Shown piece after piece: positions 28,085 to 36,961 of a stretch of DNA of 64,000 nt. Made by a program: the position numbers and the translations under genes. Source of the stretch: Polyangiaceae bacterium (GTDB taxonomy: Bacteria; Myxococcota_A; Polyangia; Polyangiales; Polyangiaceae); NCBI GenBank assembly GCA_035063585.1, contig JAPSGB010000008.1, positions 160,001-224,000 on the forward strand. Reading direction: 5' to 3'. Numbering within the stretch: position 1 is the stretch's first letter; the number at the start of each line of letters is the position of its first letter. The notes under the pieces are model-generated. The model was not told the origin of the DNA. It saw only the letters and a list, made by a program, of their open reading frames with translations, and ran no database searches.

Positions 28085-30033
28085 GGCCGATCGAGGTCGT
28101 CGCGGCCGGCGCCGTGTCTCCGCTCGGCGACGGCGCGCGCGCCTGGGGCATCGGCGGGCCCGGCGAGCGGCCGGTGACGCTCGTGGGCCGCGACCGAGCG
28201 CTCGAGGAGGCTGGGCTCGCGCGGCCGATGGCAGCGCGGGTCGCGGGCCTCGACGACGATCCGTCCCGGAGCGCGACGCTGCTCGCGCGCGCCGCGTCGG
28301 CGCTCGCGGAGGAGCTCACGCGCTCGCTCCCCGGCTGGCGCGCGCGTCGTGTCGGACTCGCGATCGGCACCTCGGGGGGCGGCATGCCCGCGCTCACGCG
28401 AGCCTTCGAGCTCGTCGAGCGAGGGCGCGAGCTCCCGCGCGAGCTCGCGCGGAGCGCGCCGTATTTCGGTCCGCTCGTCACGCTCGAGCGCACGCTCGGC
28501 GTCGAGCCGGTGGAGCGCGTGAACGTGCTCGCTGCGTGCGCGTCCTCGACCACGGCCATCGCGCTCGCCTCCCGCTGGCTCGACCTCGAGCTCGCCGATC
28601 TGGTCATCGCCGGCGGCTATGACGCTCTCTCGGTGTTCATCGCGGCAGGGTTCGAGGCGCTCTCGGCGACCACCGCGTCGGCGCCCGCGCCATTTCGCGC
28701 GGGTCGCGACGGGCTGGGTCTCGGCGAGGGCGCGGCGCTCCTCGCGCTCGCGCGGGTCGGGGAAGGAGGGCCCGAGCGGCTGGGCACCCTGCTCGGCGCG
28801 GGGCTCGCCTCGGACGCGGTCCACGTCACCGCGCCCGACGTCGAAGGCCAGGGGCTCGCCGCGGCCGCCAGCGTGGCGCTCGCGGACGCCGCCGTCGCGC
28901 CCGAGACCATCGCGCTCGTGAGCGCTCACGGCACCGCCACGCCGTACAACGACGCGGCCGAGACCCGCGCGCTCGAGCGGGTCCTCGGCGCGCGCGCGAG
29001 AGAGGTGGTGGTGCACCCGCACAAGTCCGTGATCGGCCACTGCCTCGGCGCGGGCGGCGCGCTCGAGCTGCTCGCCGCGCTCGACGCGCTCCGACGTGGG
29101 CTCGCGCCCGCGGCGTGCGGCGCGGGCGAGGTCGATCCTGCGCTCGGCGTTCGGCTCCTCGAGCGGAACGAGCCGGCGCAGCTCGGCCGCTGCTTGAAGC
29201 TGTCCGCCGCGTTCGGCGGCGCGGACGCGGCGCTCGTCGTCGGTCTGCCGGAGGCGGGCGCCCTGCCGCGGCCTCGTCGCGAGGTGGCGCTGCTCGCCGT
29301 CGGGGAGCCCACCGACGCGCTCGACCTGACGCGAGCGGCAGGGCGGCTCGCGGTCGAGCCCGCGCGTCTCGCTCGCCTCGACTCGGTGTCGAAGCGAGCC
29401 GTGGGCGCGGCGGCGAGCGCGCTCGAGCGGCTCGGCGCGGCGCTCCCCGAGCGCGCCGGCGTGGTGGTAGGCACCGCGACCGCCACGCTCGAGATCGACG
29501 CCGTGTTCGACGCGCGACGGCGCTCGCGCGGCGCGCGCTTCGTCGAGCCGCGGCGGTTCCCTTCGACCTCGCCGAACCTGGCGCCCGGGGCCTGCTCGAT
29601 CGCTTTCGGGCTCCGCGGCCCCACCTTGGCGGTCGGGTGGGGGCCCTGGGCCGCCGTCGAGGCGCTGCGCGTCGGCTACGATCTGGTGAGCGGCGGTGAT
29701 GCCGACCTCATGGTCGTGGTAGCCGCCGAGGAGCGCGGCGCGATGGTGGAGCGGCTCTGGTCCGCCGCCGGCTGGCCGATGCCGGAGCCAGGCGCGCTCG
29801 CCGCCGTGCTCGGCGTGGGAGCGGCCGGTCGGGACTGCCTATCGCGCGCGTCGCTCACGGCCGCCGAGCGTGAATTCGCGCGGCCCGGGGGCTCGGCCGA
29901 GGTGCGATCCGGTTGGCCGAGCCTCCGGGCAGCCCTCGAGCGAGCGACGAAGCCTTGCTCAACCGCCGCGGGTTCTGGCACTGTCCCGCCGCCGGAATAC
30001 GCTGGCCCGCGCCGGCGTTCGACCCCGACGTAG
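28081..30033 (+). CDS. Second beta-ketoacyl synthase-CLF-like fusion
   Basis: AACASS, SAHGTAT, KSVIGHCLGAGG, AFGG. C-terminal PRRFPSTSPN...GLRGPTLAVGWG domain lacks the catalytic Cys. ATGA overlap. Confidence 0.82.
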   Translation: MRPIEVVAAGAVSPLGDGARAWGIGGPGERPVTLVGRDRALEEAGLARPMAARVAGLDDDPSRSATLLARAASALAEELTRSLPGWRARRVGLAIGTSGGGMPALTRAFELVERGRELPRELARSAPYFGPLVTLERTLGVEPVERVNVLAACASSTTAIALASRWLDLELADLVIAGGYDALSVFIAAGFEALSATTASAPAPFRAGRDGLGLGEGAALLALARVGEGGPERLGTLLGAGLASDAVHVTAPDVEGQGLAAAASVALADAAVAPETIALVSAHGTATPYNDAAETRALERVLGARAREVVVHPHKSVIGHCLGAGGALELLAALDALRRGLAPAACGAGEVDPALGVRLLERNEPAQLGRCLKLSAAFGGADAALVVGLPEAGALPRPRREVALLAVGEPTDALDLTRAAGRLAVEPARLARLDSVSKRAVGAAASALERLGAALPERAGVVVGTATATLEIDAVFDARRRSRGARFVEPRRFPSTSPNLAPGACSIAFGLRGPTLAVGWGPWAAVEALRVGYDLVSGGDADLMVVVAAEERGAMVERLWSAAGWPMPEPGALAAVLGVGAAGRDCLSRASLTAAEREFARPGGSAEVRSGWPSLRAALERATKPCSTAAGSGTVPPPEYAGPRRRSTPT

Positions 30034-30039
30034 ACGATC

Positions 30040-30519
30040 ATGCGAGCTTCGGTCGTGTTCTTGCTGGGAGCGCTCTCCCTCGCCGGTTCGGCAGGGTGCG
30101 CGACGCACTACATCCCGAACACGGACGTGGAGGACTCCGACGACAACCGCAAGGTGATCCAGTTCTGCGAGGAATACCGGCATGCCGTCGAGCGGCGGAA
30201 CACGGCGCTCCTCCTGCAGATGACCGATCCGCGGTATTACGAGGACGGCGGCAACATCGACACGAGCGACGACATCGACTACGCGGGTCTCGAAGAGTAC
30301 CTGACCACCAAGTTCCGGCAGACGAAGGCGATCCGCTATGAGATCCGCTACCGCCGGGTGGGCAAGGGTCGAAACGACACCATCACCGTCGATTTCACCT
30401 ATAGCGCCAGCTTCAAGATCCCGAGCGCGGACGGCGACATCTGGCGCCGGACCGTGGCGGACGACCGGCTCGAGCTGGTCCCCTACAAAGACAGCTTTCG
30501 CATCCTCTCCGGGATGTAG
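30040..30519 (+). CDS. Lipoprotein, probable NTF2/SnoaL-like fold
   Basis: Lipobox SAGC-A; helix YRHAVERRNTALLLQM followed by a beta meander. Confidence 0.7.
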   Translation: MRASVVFLLGALSLAGSAGCATHYIPNTDVEDSDDNRKVIQFCEEYRHAVERRNTALLLQMTDPRYYEDGGNIDTSDDIDYAGLEEYLTTKFRQTKAIRYEIRYRRVGKGRNDTITVDFTYSASFKIPSADGDIWRRTVADDRLELVPYKDSFRILSGM

Positions 30520-30695
30520 GCTACTCGCGGAGGCCGCGCGGTCTCGGCCGAGCGGGCGGCGTGGATCGCAAGATACTTGTGCGATGGCCCGCCCTCGGTC
30601 AGATTGAACCCGGGTCGGCCGGATTCTGGCGACCTGGCCACGGCGCGGTACGAGCGGGGGCCGACGCCGCGGGCGAGCACCCAGACGAGGCCCTC

Positions 30696-31619
30696 ATGAT
30701 CCAGAAACCCAAGGTCGCCTTCGTTGGAACCGGCGGCGCCGCGCGCGGGATCGCGCATCTCGGTGTCATCAAGGCGTGCGAGGAGCTCGGGATCGTCCCC
30801 GAGATCTTCGTCGGCGCCAGCGCGGGCGCGATCGTCGCGGCCACCTACGGGCAGGGGATCCCGCTCGACGTGCTCATCGACGGCTATCGCTTGCCGTGGA
30901 AGCGCCGCCACGCCGGGCTCCGCCTCCACATGAACACCTTCTTCGGCGCGCCGCGGCTGAAGGACTTGCTCGACCCGGGCTACCTCACCTCCGGGATCTT
31001 CTCCATCGACAAGCTCGAGCGCTACCTCCGCGAGCGTCTGCCGGTGAACGATTTTCGGAAGATCGGCCGTCGCCTGCTGGTCACCGCGGTGGACGTCGAT
31101 CGCGCGGAGCGCGTTCTCTTCGGCAAGGGATATGACGCGGACACGCCGATCAGCGAGGCCGTGGCGGCGTCTTGCTGCGTCCCCGGGCTATTTCGGCCCT
31201 ACCGCGTCAACGGCCGTTACCATCTCGACGGCGAGGTGGCGCGCACGCTGTCGGCGGACGTCGCCGTGGAGGCGGGCGCCGACATCGTCATCATCTCCAA
31301 CATCTATCGGCCAGCACGTATCCCGAACGAGGCGCGTAGCCTGGCGAGGCGCGGCCCGCTCAAGGTCTTGAACCAGACCCTGAACATCATGCTCACCGAG
31401 AAGGAGCGCCGCGGGGTCGATCTCTACGGGCATCAGTTTCCACGCACCACCTTCATCGACATCGCCCCGGACCTCGGCACCTTCGGCTACCTCAACCGCT
31501 TCACCGCGCGGTCGCTCATCATGCGCGGCTATCGCGCCGGGCTCCGCGCGCTGGCGGAGGCGAAGGAGCGCGGCGTATTCGACGCGCCGCGACTCATGGC
31601 CGTCGGTCCCTTGAACTGA
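30696..31619 (+). CDS. Patatin-like phospholipase family protein
   Basis: GTGGAARG oxyanion loop, GASAG nucleophile, ASCCVPGLFRP, LDGE. Confidence 0.9.
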   Translation: MIQKPKVAFVGTGGAARGIAHLGVIKACEELGIVPEIFVGASAGAIVAATYGQGIPLDVLIDGYRLPWKRRHAGLRLHMNTFFGAPRLKDLLDPGYLTSGIFSIDKLERYLRERLPVNDFRKIGRRLLVTAVDVDRAERVLFGKGYDADTPISEAVAASCCVPGLFRPYRVNGRYHLDGEVARTLSADVAVEAGADIVIISNIYRPARIPNEARSLARRGPLKVLNQTLNIMLTEKERRGVDLYGHQFPRTTFIDIAPDLGTFGYLNRFTARSLIMRGYRAGLRALAEAKERGVFDAPRLMAVGPLN

Positions 31620-31709
31620 CGATTCAAGGTTCTTATGCCGGTTCGGCGCGCCCCAGAGCGCGGGCCGCTCGATTCCGCGCCGCGCCGACCACTCCCCACC
31701 GCGCGTGAG

Positions 31710-32537
31710 TCATCGCGCGGTGACGACCACGCAGCTCTCGCCGTCGATGAGCCGGGTGAGCTCGGGCTTGCCTGAGATCGTGGCGCGCCACAGCGCGCGC
31801 TCGCCGTCGCTCGTGGCCGCGTACTCGAGCGTGGCGCCGGCGGCCGGCGGGAGCCCTGCCAAGGTCATCGCGCGCCAGGCACGCTCGAGCGTGCAGTTCG
31901 GCTCCGCGACGGCGCGGGCGGCGCGGGCGTCGGTGCCGGCCTGCGCGTGCGGCCCTGACGCATCCACGCGGATCCGATAGCGCGCGCTGGTCACCGGCGA
32001 GCCTGGAGGAAGGAGCCCGGCGGGGCTGGGCTTCGCATACTCGACCGTGACCCGGCCGCCGTGGGTGACGTCGACCTTGCCGGACACGACCGGCGTCGCC
32101 TCGAAGCGGACCAGCGCGGCGTCGCGGTGCCAGTCGCGCGCGAGCGCACCGGATTTCAGCAGGACGAGCGCTGGATCCACGCGCTCGAGCTCACCCACGC
32201 CGAGCGTTGGGTCGACCGCTCCTACGCGTGGGACGATGGGCGGCGAGGCCGTGACCGGCACGGGTGCGGGCGATGGGCGCGGCTGCACCGGGCGCGGGTA
32301 GAGTCGCCACGCGAGTAGCGCGAGGACGCCGAGCACCGCGGCCCCGGTGGCGAGCCCGACCAGGCTTCTCGAGCGGTCGCGCGTCGGCCCGGCGGGGCGA
32401 AGTGGCTGCGGGGAGCGCGGTCGCACCGCAGTCGCCGCGGCGAGTCGAGGCAGTTCGGTGCCGCAGACCGGGCAGCGCCCGCCGCCGGTGCTCAGGATCT
32501 GTCCGCATGAAGGGCAGATGTGGGGCGGCGCGGTCAT
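31710..32537 (-). CDS. Membrane-anchored hypothetical protein with N-terminal zinc ribbon
   Basis: CPSCG...CPVCG, one TM, Pro-rich linker, periplasmic domain with a Cys pair. Confidence 0.65.
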   Translation of the reverse strand: MTAPPHICPSCGQILSTGGGRCPVCGTELPRLAAATAVRPRSPQPLRPAGPTRDRSRSLVGLATGAAVLGVLALLAWRLYPRPVQPRPSPAPVPVTASPPIVPRVGAVDPTLGVGELERVDPALVLLKSGALARDWHRDAALVRFEATPVVSGKVDVTHGGRVTVEYAKPSPAGLLPPGSPVTSARYRIRVDASGPHAQAGTDARAARAVAEPNCTLERAWRAMTLAGLPPAAGATLEYAATSDGERALWRATISGKPELTRLIDGESCVVVTAR

Positions 32538-32541
32538 CGGG

Positions 32542-33195
32542 CTAGGGAAGCTGGAAGTCCTCGGCCATCTCGGTGATTTGGTAGCCGGACTCCGCCGGGT
32601 GCAAGAGGAAGACGACTTCATCGCCGAAGAGGCGTGTCTGGCCGGGCGCGGGGCTCGCGATACGCACCCGCACGACGACGTCGTCGCCCGCCGGGGCGAG
32701 CCGGATCGGCTTCCCGGAGGCGCGCGGTGGAGGCGGCGCTCCGGCACGGTAGACGTCGACCTCGGATGGCTGGAAGGCGAGCCGTCCGTCGCTGCTCCGG
32801 TAGTCGAGGCGGGATAGGCGTGTCCGCCAGAAAGAGCGCGCGAGCAGGCGTCCCTGCGAGCCGGTGGTGACCCACGCGAGCGGATGGATGAGCGCGTCGA
32901 GCTTCCCCGAATCACCCGACTCGACCGCGCGGAAGAACGCACGCACCGCGTCGATGGCGCGTCCGACGTTCGCGGGTGCTCGGAGGACGACCAGGCCGCG
33001 CTCCGGGCTCGCCTCCGGCCGCGGCGGAGGCAGGGTCGAGGTGGGCTCCGGCACCACGCCCGGAGCTCGTCGCTCGGCGTGCGACGACGTTTGGGGGCCG
33101 GACCGCAGCACCAGCGGCGCGCGCGCGCCGCACGCGGCAGTCGTCAGGCCGGCGACCACCAGTGAGAGACTAGAGCGCCTCGGACGCCGGGTCAT
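32542..33195 (-). CDS. Hypothetical lipoprotein (NTF2-like helix pattern)
   Basis: Lipobox TAAC-G; AVRAFFRAVESGDSGKLDAL. Confidence 0.65.
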   Translation of the reverse strand: MTRRPRRSSLSLVVAGLTTAACGARAPLVLRSGPQTSSHAERRAPGVVPEPTSTLPPPRPEASPERGLVVLRAPANVGRAIDAVRAFFRAVESGDSGKLDALIHPLAWVTTGSQGRLLARSFWRTRLSRLDYRSSDGRLAFQPSEVDVYRAGAPPPPRASGKPIRLAPAGDDVVVRVRIASPAPGQTRLFGDEVVFLLHPAESGYQITEMAEDFQLP

Positions 33196-34003
33196 CGTCG
33201 CGGGTGAGCGTCAAGAACGCGCGCTCATCGACTCGTGTGAAGCCCGGCGGCACGCTCGCCAGCTCCGACGCCACCAGCGTGAAGCGCGTGGTCTCGATGC
33301 TCGGGATCCGCGTCTGCCGGGTGCTGTCCTCGCCGAGGAGCTCCTCGACGTCGTGCCGCCCCTTGAGCACGCGATACGCCATGATGCCGCCGCGGTGCAC
33401 GGCGACCATCTGCTCGCCGTTGGTTACCAGGATGTCCCCGCGGTTCTCCTCGAAGCCCTCCTCCGCGGACAGGCGATCGACGAGCGAAATCGAGGATCTC
33501 AACGCGTCCCGGATGCGGCTCGGCTCCACGCTCGAGTCGCCGAGGTGCCCGGCGTCGTGCAGGAACGACAGGAACAGGAAGAAGAAGAGCTCGCTGTCGG
33601 TGTCGCCACGGACGTTGCGTCGCAGAAACTCCGGCTGCGACTCGAGCAGCCGCTCGCGGAGCCGGTCGAACCCTGCGATGGTACCGGTGCTCGCGAAGAG
33701 CCAGGAGCGATAGCGAAATGGGTGGGTGTTCTCGGTGCGCAGCGCGCCGACCGTCGCTCGGCGGACGTGCCCGATGAGGACGTCCGTCCGCACGTTCCGC
33801 GTCACATCGACGAGCTCGATCTCGCGCCGCTCGTCGATGGGACGCCGGCGAAGCAGGACCTCTCCCGACTGATAGAAGCCGACGCCCCAGCCGAGCGCCG
33901 CCTCCTCGGCGCCGCGCCGCACGGTGAGCACGTCGGCGTTCACCTCGAGCACTCTCGCTCCAAGGTCGGAGCGATTGCCGATGAAACCGAACATCCGTGC
34001 CAT
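33170..34003 (-). CDS. Class II glutamine amidotransferase (YafJ/EgtC-like Ntn-hydrolase) with N-terminal Cys replaced by Ala
   Basis: MARMFGFIG, GWGVGFY, IGHVRRATVG, ENTHPF, GDTDSE. Confidence 0.85.
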   Translation of the reverse strand: MARMFGFIGNRSDLGARVLEVNADVLTVRRGAEEAALGWGVGFYQSGEVLLRRRPIDERREIELVDVTRNVRTDVLIGHVRRATVGALRTENTHPFRYRSWLFASTGTIAGFDRLRERLLESQPEFLRRNVRGDTDSELFFFLFLSFLHDAGHLGDSSVEPSRIRDALRSSISLVDRLSAEEGFEENRGDILVTNGEQMVAVHRGGIMAYRVLKGRHDVEELLGEDSTRQTRIPSIETTRFTLVASELASVPPGFTRVDERAFLTLTRDDDPASEAL

Positions 34004-34099
34004 GTCGTGCTGATCTCCGCGGGGTCGCGTTCGTGAGGCTCTCCCTGGAAGCATGGACTCAGTCGCCGCGCTTGTCATGTGGACTCTCGAACGCGCGCT

Positions 34100-34134
34100 C
34101 GACCATCGACCACCGACCACCGACCACCGACCAC
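34100..34134. repeat. 5 x 7-bp intergenic tandem repeat CGACCA(C/T)
   Basis: CGACCAT followed by four copies of CGACCAC, between divergent genes. Confidence 0.9.
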
Positions 34135-34202
34135 GAGGCTGAGGTGACCCGAGGTCGAGGGGCTGCCGCCCGGGTCGGTTGCGTTGTGCTAGCCTCCGCG
34201 GG

Positions 34203-35033
34203 ATGTCTGCTCTCGTCTCGTCGACGCGACGCCGAGCGTCGGCCATCCTCTGCTCGGCGCTCCTCGGCGCCGCCGGCTCGCTCGGCTGCGGCGCGGTGTA
34301 TCCAGAGGTAGCGACGCCCATCGTCTCAGTACCGGCGGACCGGCTCGAGCCGCGGCCGCCTGCCGATCTCGTGTTCGTCACCTTCGCGTCCGCGTCGATC
34401 CCGGGGCGCACCCGTGACGGTCGCAAGTGGGACGCGGTCGGGGGCAGCGCCCCCGATCCGTTCGCGGTGCTCTTCGTCGACGATCGAGAGATCATCCGGA
34501 CGCCGGTGCAGGCAAACACGCTCGCGCCGACCTGGCCGGATCAGGTGAAGGCAAACTACCGGATCGGACCGCGCGCGCGAACTCGCGTCGAGCTGTGGGA
34601 CTCGAACGCGCTCACCGATCACCCGATCTGCGTGAAGGAGGTGTCGGGCCTGCAGGGCGCGGCGACCGCGGGAGGCGAGCTCGACATCCTTTGCGATAGC
34701 GGCGCGCGCGTGAAGCTCCAGGTCGAGCCCGCGCACGGGCGCTTCGGGCTCGGGCTCTACTACGAGCTCAGGACGACCCGGGTCTTCGTCACTCGTGTGG
34801 TCGCTGACTCGCCCGCCGGACGCGTGAAGCTCGAGGGCGGCGACGAAATCGTGCGGGTCCAAGGCAAGTCGGTGAAGTCACTGAAGCAGCGCGAGCTCCG
34901 GACGCTCATCGCGACCAACGCCGCCGCTGGGGTGTCGCTCACCGTCAAGCGCAAGGATCAGCGGGTCGAGGACGTGACCCTGCGGAGCGGCGCCATTTAT
35001 CCGACCCTCGCGGACGGGATCCCCGTGGAGTGA
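34203..35033 (+). CDS. Lipoprotein with C2-like and PDZ domains
   Basis: Lipobox SLGC-G; C2-like APDPFAVL...RTPVQANTLAPTW...VELWDSN; PDZ GLGL...VVADSPA...GDEIVRVQG. Confidence 0.72.
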   Translation: MSALVSSTRRRASAILCSALLGAAGSLGCGAVYPEVATPIVSVPADRLEPRPPADLVFVTFASASIPGRTRDGRKWDAVGGSAPDPFAVLFVDDREIIRTPVQANTLAPTWPDQVKANYRIGPRARTRVELWDSNALTDHPICVKEVSGLQGAATAGGELDILCDSGARVKLQVEPAHGRFGLGLYYELRTTRVFVTRVVADSPAGRVKLEGGDEIVRVQGKSVKSLKQRELRTLIATNAAAGVSLTVKRKDQRVEDVTLRSGAIYPTLADGIPVE

Positions 35034-35091
35034 GGCTGCGCGTGGAGCCTTGCGCTCGCCCCGCGCCGGCTCCAAGGTGAAAGCGTACAGG

Positions 35092-36039
35092 ATGGGCAGC
35101 GCTCGCGCGAACGGAGGCTCTGCGGCGGGCTCGGTCGACACCCTGGTGGTCGAGCGGGAAGGTCACGGGACCATCGCGGTGACGGGTCCGGATGCGCGCG
35201 CCTGGCTGAACGGCCTCGTCACCTGCGAGCTTGGCACGCTCGCCCTCGGAGCGGGCGCGTGGGGGTTGCTCCTCACCAAGCAAGGGAAGATCGTCACGGA
35301 TTTCGAGGTGGTCGTCGGGGCGAGCGCGCTCTTTCTTTCGGTGGCCGAGCCACGGCGGGCGCGGCTGCTCGAGGTGCTCGACCGTCACCTCATCATGGAA
35401 GACGTCGAGCTCACCGATCGGAGCGATGAGCTCGGCTGGCTCGTGCTGCATGGCGCCCGCGCGGCGGAGGTGGCGCGAGAGGTCGCGCTGGCGCATGGGG
35501 CCGAGGCGGGTGCCGTCGACTGGACGGGCCGGGGCGGCGCTGCGATGGTGGCGCCGCGCGCTTCGCTCTCCGCGCTCCTCGAGTCGCTCGGCGCGCGAGC
35601 GGTGCGTCGGGCGAGCCCCGGCGAGTGGGAGGCGCTCCGCATCGAGTGCGGAGTGCCCGAGTTCGGGAAGGACTACGACGACGGCGACAAGCCGCACGAG
35701 GCGTCGCTCGAGCGTCGCGCGGTGGCGTGGGGCAAGGGGTGCTACCTCGGCCAAGAGGTCGTCTACATGCAAGACGTGCGCGGCAGGGTCCGGCGCCGCG
35801 TGAGCGCGCTCGCGCTCGGGGGAGCTTCGCCGCCCGCGCGCGGGGCGAGCGTCATCGGGCCGGCGGGCGCGGAGGTCGGCCGCGTCACCAGCAGCGCCTG
35901 GAGCGAGCGCCTGGGCCAGGCGGTGGCCCTCGCGATGATGCAGACGTCCGCGCTCGTGCCCGGGGCGGCGCTCACGGTGGACGGCGCGGCGGCTCGGCCG
36001 CTCGAGCCGGCGAGCTCCCCGGCGGCTACTCGCCCGTGA
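35092..36039 (+). CDS. ygfZ: YgfZ/GcvT family folate-binding protein
   Basis: KGCYLGQE signature; VTGPDARAWLNGLVT. Confidence 0.9.
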   Translation: MGSARANGGSAAGSVDTLVVEREGHGTIAVTGPDARAWLNGLVTCELGTLALGAGAWGLLLTKQGKIVTDFEVVVGASALFLSVAEPRRARLLEVLDRHLIMEDVELTDRSDELGWLVLHGARAAEVAREVALAHGAEAGAVDWTGRGGAAMVAPRASLSALLESLGARAVRRASPGEWEALRIECGVPEFGKDYDDGDKPHEASLERRAVAWGKGCYLGQEVVYMQDVRGRVRRRVSALALGGASPPARGASVIGPAGAEVGRVTSSAWSERLGQAVALAMMQTSALVPGAALTVDGAAARPLEPASSPAATRP

Positions 36040-36802
36040 AGACGGGGTCGCGGCGCTGGGCCCACGCGAGCACGCCCTCCATCAGGTCCTTCGAGACCAG
36101 GAGCTCGAGCTGTCCAGCTTTCTCCCGGTCGAGCGCCGCGTCCACATCGGCGGCGCTCGCGCGCACGGCCTGCTTGATCCGGGCGAGCGCGAGGGGTGCG
36201 CCCTGGGCCAGCTCGCGGGCCAGCGCGAGCGCAGCTCCCTCGAGCTCGCTCGAGGCGACCACGCGGTTGGCGATGCCGAGCGCCTCGCAGCGCGCCGCAT
36301 CGAGCCGCGTCCCGAGCATGAGGAACTCCATCGCGCGTCCGAGCCCGACCAGCCGAGGCAGCCAGTGCGAGCCGCCGCCGTCCGGCATCAGCCCGAGCTT
36401 CACGAAGCGTTCCTGCAGGTACGCGTGCTCCGCGAAGATGCGGAGATCGCAGGCGAGGGCGAGGTCGGCTCCGAACCCCACCGCCACACCGCTGACCGCC
36501 GCGATGAACGGCTTCGGCGCGCGCGCGATGGCGCGGATCATCCGGTGATATTCGTCCATGCGCTCGCCGAGGTCGCCCACCCCACCGCCCATCGCGCTCT
36601 TCAGATCCGCGCCGGAGCAGAAGGCGTCCCCGGCGCCGGTGAGCACGACCGCGCGGACGCTCGGGTCGGTCGCCGCGGAGTCGAGCGCTGCTCCGAGCGC
36701 GAGCACGAGCTCCCGATCGAGCGCGTTCTTCATCTCCGGACGGTTCAGCGTGAGCAGGCGCACGGCGCCGTCCGTCGCGACCAAGAGCTTCGGTTCGGTC
36801 AT
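36026..36802 (-). CDS. Enoyl-CoA hydratase/isomerase family protein (PaaG-like)
   Basis: AFCSGADL, GFGADLALACD, FVKLGLMPDGG. Confidence 0.9.
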   Translation of the reverse strand: MTEPKLLVATDGAVRLLTLNRPEMKNALDRELVLALGAALDSAATDPSVRAVVLTGAGDAFCSGADLKSAMGGGVGDLGERMDEYHRMIRAIARAPKPFIAAVSGVAVGFGADLALACDLRIFAEHAYLQERFVKLGLMPDGGGSHWLPRLVGLGRAMEFLMLGTRLDAARCEALGIANRVVASSELEGAALALARELAQGAPLALARIKQAVRASAADVDAALDREKAGQLELLVSKDLMEGVLAWAQRRDPVFTGE

Positions 36803-36961
36803 GGCGCGGCAGAGTAATCGAAGCGGGGCGCGCCGCCCAAGGGCTTCGGGCCTCGCGGCGCGGTCGCACCCACCCGGGCCTCGCGCCGCCCCGGCCCATC
36901 CTCACTCAGGGACTCGGCGCGGGGCCACGGGGCGCCGGAGAAGTGCTAAGCCGCCTCCACC

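Noticed and set aside
34100..34134. Tandem repeats (here and at 4515, 7861, 13239) as a possible CRISPR array
   Set aside because: No spacers, wrong unit structure and no cas genes.
34004..34519. Long N-terminal extension of the GATase ORF
   Set aside because: Overlaps the divergent lipoprotein gene and the heptamer repeat; the Ntn fold begins at MARMFG.
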